Shown here one piece after another: positions 60,332-64,000 of a stretch of DNA of 64,000 bases (positions within the stretch are counted from its first letter, which is position 1; each line of letters starts with the position of its first letter). This stretch comes from a virus, in the IMG/VR virus record IMGVR_UViG_3300031237_000001, positions 4,181 to 68,180 of that record; one strand, 5' to 3'. Position numbers and translations under genes: made by a program. Under the pieces are notes generated by a model, which saw nothing but the letters and a program-made list of their open reading frames with translations, had not been told where the DNA came from and made no database searches.

Positions 60332-60360
60332 AGTTTAGCAGGTTTCGCGGCAAAAGTCAA
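60332..60360 (-). promoter_or_regulatory. sigma70-type promoter for the methyltransferase operon
   Basis: TTGACT-17 bp-TAAACT with extended TG on the - strand. Confidence 0.75.
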
Positions 60361-60421
60361 CGGAAAAGTGCGTTTTTCGGCGTGAAAGTCGCTCAGTAGG
60401 GGCTTTTCGACGCCCGGAAGG

Positions 60422-60673
60422 TCAGAAATCGCCTTTGTAGAGCAGTTTCGGCTCGATTTTGCCCTTCCGCAGCCTGCGAAGGTCCGAAATTAGCCTCCGA
60501 AGGGCCACCTCGGGGTCCAACCACTCGTCACCGGGGTAAAACTCCAGGTAGGCGGCCCACAGAAGGTTCACCAGGCGCTCGTAGGCGGCCACGATCTGCC
60601 GGCCCCGGTCGTAATCGTCGGGCTTCTTCGTCTTGGTAACGCTGGTGGCCCACTTCAAGCCGTTTAGAGGCAT
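60422..60673 (-). CDS. small hypothetical protein
   Basis: Operon context. Confidence 0.55.
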   Translation of the reverse strand: MPLNGLKWATSVTKTKKPDDYDRGRQIVAAYERLVNLLWAAYLEFYPGDEWLDPEVALRRLISDLRRLRKGKIEPKLLYKGDF

Positions 60674-60692
60674 TCTTTTGTGTCCCCGACGG

Positions 60693-61001
60693 TCAGTCCG
60701 TGTACTCTTCGACGATCAGGAAGCGCCATTTCCCGGGGCCGAGCTTCTCGCGCTCCCTTAGTCGCGGCTCGTACCACTTCGGCCCCTCCTCGGGCGTCTT
60801 GAAACCGTGCCCCAGGGTGCGAGCAGCATCCATGACCAGCCGCTCGGCAAGGTCATTCGGCTCCCATTCTGCCGTCGGCGGGTTACGGTACGGTATCCAC
60901 TCAATAGTCAGGACGAACTCTCGGATCGTGTCCGCGTACGGCCGCGGCTGTCCACTCCGCAGCGTTTCGACGGTGTAACGCCTATCTCCTGGTTTCGCCA
61001 T
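60693..61001 (-). CDS. hypothetical protein
   Basis: GQPRPYAD...W......YTD; ATG just after the upstream stop. Confidence 0.65.
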   Translation of the reverse strand: MAKPGDRRYTVETLRSGQPRPYADTIREFVLTIEWIPYRNPPTAEWEPNDLAERLVMDAARTLGHGFKTPEEGPKWYEPRLREREKLGPGKWRFLIVEEYTD

Positions 61002-61003
61002 AG

Positions 61004-61192
61004 TTAGAAGCCAAACTTCTCTCGGGTCTCGCCCGGCCACAGGTCGCCAGCCACCGGCTCCTCGTAGTAGCCCGGGCAGTCGAAGTCGCACAGAGAGTTG
61101 GCCATTTCTAGGGGGATGGACCGGCCCCGGGGCGCCTTTCGACGGCCGCAAGTCGTACATGTAACGGACTTTCCTACTTCTTCGGGGTCCAT
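61004..61192 (-). CDS. small Cys-rich protein
   Basis: CTTCGRRKAPRGRS...C...CPGY...P...LWPGE. Confidence 0.65.
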   Translation of the reverse strand: MDPEEVGKSVTCTTCGRRKAPRGRSIPLEMANSLCDFDCPGYYEEPVAGDLWPGETREKFGF

Positions 61193-61198
61193 ACAGAC

Positions 61199-61228
61199 AG
61201 GGTAGCACGGTTCGGCGTCACCTGTCAA
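61199..61228 (-). promoter_or_regulatory. sigma70-type promoter
   Basis: TTGACA-18 bp-TACCCT with extended TG; ATG 6 nt downstream. Confidence 0.65.
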
Positions 61229-61718
61229 GAGTTACTTTCTGAAAATTTCCCGACGGGTCGTGTCACAGGGCGGCTGCGCCGCCCGCTCGCCATCCCACTG
61301 CTCGCCTGACCCCCTGGGGTCGCCTCCACCCGCCCCCTCGACCTGGTACCTTCTTTGAAATTGGCCATTCACGTGCTCCCCTGCACGTGGCGTACCATAC
61401 TGAAACCAAGTACTTTACGCTTCAAAGTACTTTGCGCCGCAGCACGTCTAGACTCTCTAAGGGAGTACAGTAGGCAGGTAGTGAGCTATCAATAGGCGCG
61501 TGCTGATAGGCGGCCCTATGGGCCGTCTAAAGGAGTCTGATACATAGACGCGGGGCCGGCCGGCGTATCTCCGTCCCTCCGTCCTGTCCTTAGAGGGGAG
61601 GGAGGGCATATAAAGGAGGGAGGGAGGCCGTTTGGCTCACCGTTTGGCACGCAACGTGCAAGGGGGCCGGCTCACTTTACCTCGCAAAGCACTATGTTTA
61701 CCAGAGTCGAAAAAAGAC
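61229..61718. other. non-coding divergence region rich in palindromes (candidate origin or genome end)
   Basis: No ORFs; AAGTACTT x2, CACGTG x2, several hairpins, GAGGGAGGG x2. Confidence 0.45.
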
Positions 61719-61747
61719 TTGCATCCTTCCCCGTCCTCCTGTATCAT
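61719..61747 (+). promoter_or_regulatory. sigma70-type early promoter
   Basis: A-tract, TTGCAT-17 bp-TATCAT. Confidence 0.65.
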
Positions 61748-61788
61748 CGTCATAGGGTTAGGTTAGGTCCCAACCCGAAAAGGATACG

Positions 61789-62202
61789 GTGATGATAAAT
61801 CAAGTATCAGACAACGGAAGATCTGCAACGGTCCAGAGCAAACCCGCTGGATCAATCAAGACAATCTGGGCACTGCGTACCTATGACGTTTGGGGCAATG
61901 CCCGTGATGGATACGATGTAAACGACACCTATAGCGCCGGAAAGGTAGAACTGTTCATTCCGCAAACCCGCTGGAACGTCGGTACACCTCAGGAGTTCGT
62001 TAGCGCTAGTCCTACAGACAGACAGATCAAAAAGGCATTTGGCGTCAATTGCCGGATCGACACGGACGGTGATGATCTAAGCATCTATGTCAATCGTGAA
62101 AGGGACGGTTATCCCATAGGGGAAATGCATTGCGTTTCCCATGCCAGTCTCTCTCCGGTGCGTAAGGCGGAGGTCGCATATGACCCAGTATACCGAGATT
62201 AG
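61789..62202 (+). CDS. early hypothetical protein
   Basis: YDVWGNARDGYDVND motif; G.PIGE. Confidence 0.7.
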   Translation: MMINQVSDNGRSATVQSKPAGSIKTIWALRTYDVWGNARDGYDVNDTYSAGKVELFIPQTRWNVGTPQEFVSASPTDRQIKKAFGVNCRIDTDGDDLSIYVNRERDGYPIGEMHCVSHASLSPVRKAEVAYDPVYRD

Positions 62203-62362
62203 AGCCACTGAGAGCGGCAAGCTCTTTGTCTACCAGACCGGTGATCGACTCGGATTCTTCGCCGATGGACCGATTGAACTGTGGTTACCCGGTCAGATCA
62301 CTAGCGACCCTGATGGTATCAAGGTCCGTGTAGTCGCTGTTTCTCAGGAGGTCCGATCATGA
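62180..62362 (+). CDS. small early protein
   Basis: SD GGAGG. Confidence 0.55.
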   Translation: MTQYTEIRATESGKLFVYQTGDRLGFFADGPIELWLPGQITSDPDGIKVRVVAVSQEVRS

Positions 62363-62541
62363 CTATTTACGTCGCACAATGTGCGAATGGTTTTCTCAAG
62401 GTAACGGACGAACGGGACTGTATCCCTCCGGACGCCCACACCATCGAATCCTTCCGTAACGTGTCCCTCGTTTCCATAGACGCGGGAGATCATGGGCTAG
62501 TTGAAATCGAACTAGTTCAAAAGGGAGCTAACCGGTCATGA
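62359..62541 (+). CDS. small early protein
   Basis: SD AGGAGG; coupling. Confidence 0.55.
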   Translation: MTIYVAQCANGFLKVTDERDCIPPDAHTIESFRNVSLVSIDAGDHGLVEIELVQKGANRS

Positions 62542-63095
62542 GCTATCCTGGAATCGACTATGGCCTAGGCCAGTCGAACATCGACAAGTCAACGGGGATA
62601 CACTACGGCGTTATCTCCCAGCATAGCGTCAACCCCGACGCTCTGGACGACCTTGAACCCGACTATGGCCCTCCGACGTGTCCCAAGTGTGGCGGCGAAG
62701 TAAAGGCGTCGGACGAAGTACCCTCCGAGGTGTCCGATGCTGAATGGTTCAACGTTAACGCGGACTATGCCTGCTCCAAGTGTGAGGAGTGCTTTTGGTC
62801 TGAGGATTGCTTCCCTGAGGAGTCGCAAGGATTCAGCTACTCCACGGACGGATACGAGCTCGCCGATTGTCTTGACTCTGACATCTTCGTCCTCCGCTCT
62901 CCGTACTACACCTTTGCTCAATTCTGCTCTCCGTGTGTCCCGGGCGCCGGCAATCTCGACACGTTCGTTTCCGAGGAGGACGGCGGGGTGAAGTGTTACG
63001 CTCTCGGTCATGAATGGTTTGACGCAGAGAACCCCTGTCCTTACCCTGTCTACTCCGTCAAGACGGGCGCCTTAGTACTGCCTGAGGAGGTCTAA
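62538..63095 (+). CDS. early acidic Cys-rich protein
   Basis: N.D..TGIHYGVIS, CPKC, C..C, SPY....FCSPCVPGAGNLD. Confidence 0.75.
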   Translation: MSYPGIDYGLGQSNIDKSTGIHYGVISQHSVNPDALDDLEPDYGPPTCPKCGGEVKASDEVPSEVSDAEWFNVNADYACSKCEECFWSEDCFPEESQGFSYSTDGYELADCLDSDIFVLRSPYYTFAQFCSPCVPGAGNLDTFVSEEDGGVKCYALGHEWFDAENPCPYPVYSVKTGALVLPEEV

Positions 63096-63352
63096 CGTGT
63101 CTAAACCTAACATTCGCAAAGCACAATCTGTTTTTGACGCCTTAGAAAAGCTCAATTGGTCTTACGGGCGCGGCGATCTAATCCGCATCATCCCTCCGGT
63201 AGACGGTCGTATCTCTCAACCCCACACCAGTAAAGCCCAGCGTTTACCACGCGGTTGCAAGATGGAGTATTTCACTTACCGTTTTGACGGCCGCAGTGTT
63301 TACGCTCTCGGACACCAGCGGAAGATAGCTCCGCTGCCTGAGGAGGTCTAAC
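63078..63352 (+). repeat. 19 bp direct repeat at gene junctions
   Basis: CTGCCTGAGGAGGTCTAAC at 63078-63096 and 63334-63352. Confidence 0.9.
63097..63351 (+). CDS. small early protein
   Basis: SD GAGGAGG within the repeat; GTG start. Confidence 0.6.
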   Translation: MSKPNIRKAQSVFDALEKLNWSYGRGDLIRIIPPVDGRISQPHTSKAQRLPRGCKMEYFTYRFDGRSVYALGHQRKIAPLPEEV

Positions 63353-63355
63353 CCA

Positions 63356-63802
63356 ATGAGTCAACCTGTTTGGCAACACGTCGGAAGTATCGGCGACAAA
63401 GACCCTATAGCCTACGGTGGCGGGTTCATCTATGAGGACACAACAGGCGTCTATCCGTCAGAGGTCGCATGGTTCGAGCCCGCCCCTGATGAGGAATGGC
63501 ACAAGACGGAGGGCAAGACGCCCTTGCAAGTATACCGTTTCATCCTGGAACGCGATCCTGAATCCGAGTGGTGGTGGAAGCGGTTAACCGAGGTCGCAAA
63601 CACGTGTGACCTGTCTACGCAAGACGCGCAAGACATGGCGTGTAGTACCGACGTGAGACAACGGGCCGCGCTATACGCTTGCCTCATTTACTACTTTGGG
63701 GCCTTTGAGTTTGATAGCGACCCTCTCACTATGACGGAGGACGAAGCATATCAGCGTTACGCTACGGAAATCGCGAAGAACCTAGGGCGGGAGGTCCGTT
63801 AA
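63356..63802 (+). CDS. early hypothetical protein
   Basis: IGD.DPI.YGGGF...D.TG.Y motif; SD GAGGAGG. Confidence 0.7.
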   Translation: MSQPVWQHVGSIGDKDPIAYGGGFIYEDTTGVYPSEVAWFEPAPDEEWHKTEGKTPLQVYRFILERDPESEWWWKRLTEVANTCDLSTQDAQDMACSTDVRQRAALYACLIYYFGAFEFDSDPLTMTEDEAYQRYATEIAKNLGREVR

Positions 63803-63803
63803 C

Positions 63804-64000
63804 ATGACACGTTATCCGTATTGCATTCAGTGTACCGACCAAAGGAGCGGTAAGGTCGGCTGTTTTGCTTACGATCCAGCGGAAGGAAAAACAGCCGGAA
63901 ATTTCCACGCGATTACACCCGTGTTCGATAACTTGGGTAAATTCTATACATGGGCGAAAAAGAACAGTTTTCCGTACCATCATGGAAGGTCAACCGAAAT
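63804..64000 (+). CDS. early hypothetical protein, 3'-truncated by the window edge
   Basis: SD GGAGG; MTRYPYCIQC...ITPVFDNL...; open to the end of the window. Confidence 0.55.
   Translation, partial: MTRYPYCIQCTDQRSGKVGCFAYDPAEGKTAGNFHAITPVFDNLGKFYTWAKKNSFPYHHGRSTE

Noticed and set aside
1-64000. CRISPR array or cas operon suggested by the Cas4-like nuclease
   Set aside because: No regularly spaced repeats seen; repeats occur only as pairs, and no other cas genes are present.
1-64000. Prophage or integrative element
   Set aside because: No integrase, repressor/Cro switch, att site or host housekeeping genes recognised.

Overview
The window looks like most of the genome of a GC-rich dsDNA bacteriophage with podovirus-type architecture (no tape measure or tail tube, no integrase seen). 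A + strand early/replication arm (about 61.8-64 kb and 1-24 kb) carries many small hypothetical genes, a PD-(D/E)XK/Cas4-like nuclease, Sak4-like AAA ATPase, probable SSB, family-4-like uracil-DNA glycosylase, family A DNA polymerase, YhaM-like HD hydrolase, metallophosphoesterase, DUF4406-like and DUF1599-like proteins and an AAA_25 helicase. A - strand late arm (57.1 to 24.0 kb) encodes tail fibres/spikes, terminase, portal, scaffold, major capsid, two paralogous adaptors, a nozzle and ejection proteins. A short - strand operon at 58.5-61.2 kb has a NADAR protein and a C5 methyltransferase split over two overlapping frames. The most unusual signals are three apparent structured non-coding RNAs (one ending in a D-armless tRNA-like module with CCA and driven by its own antisense promoter), two enzymes whose conserved motifs are in rearranged order (circularly permuted Cas4-like nuclease, segment-swapped UDG), a helicase with no canonical start codon, and many apparently leaderless genes. 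All family calls come from motif recognition by eye; no searches were run.
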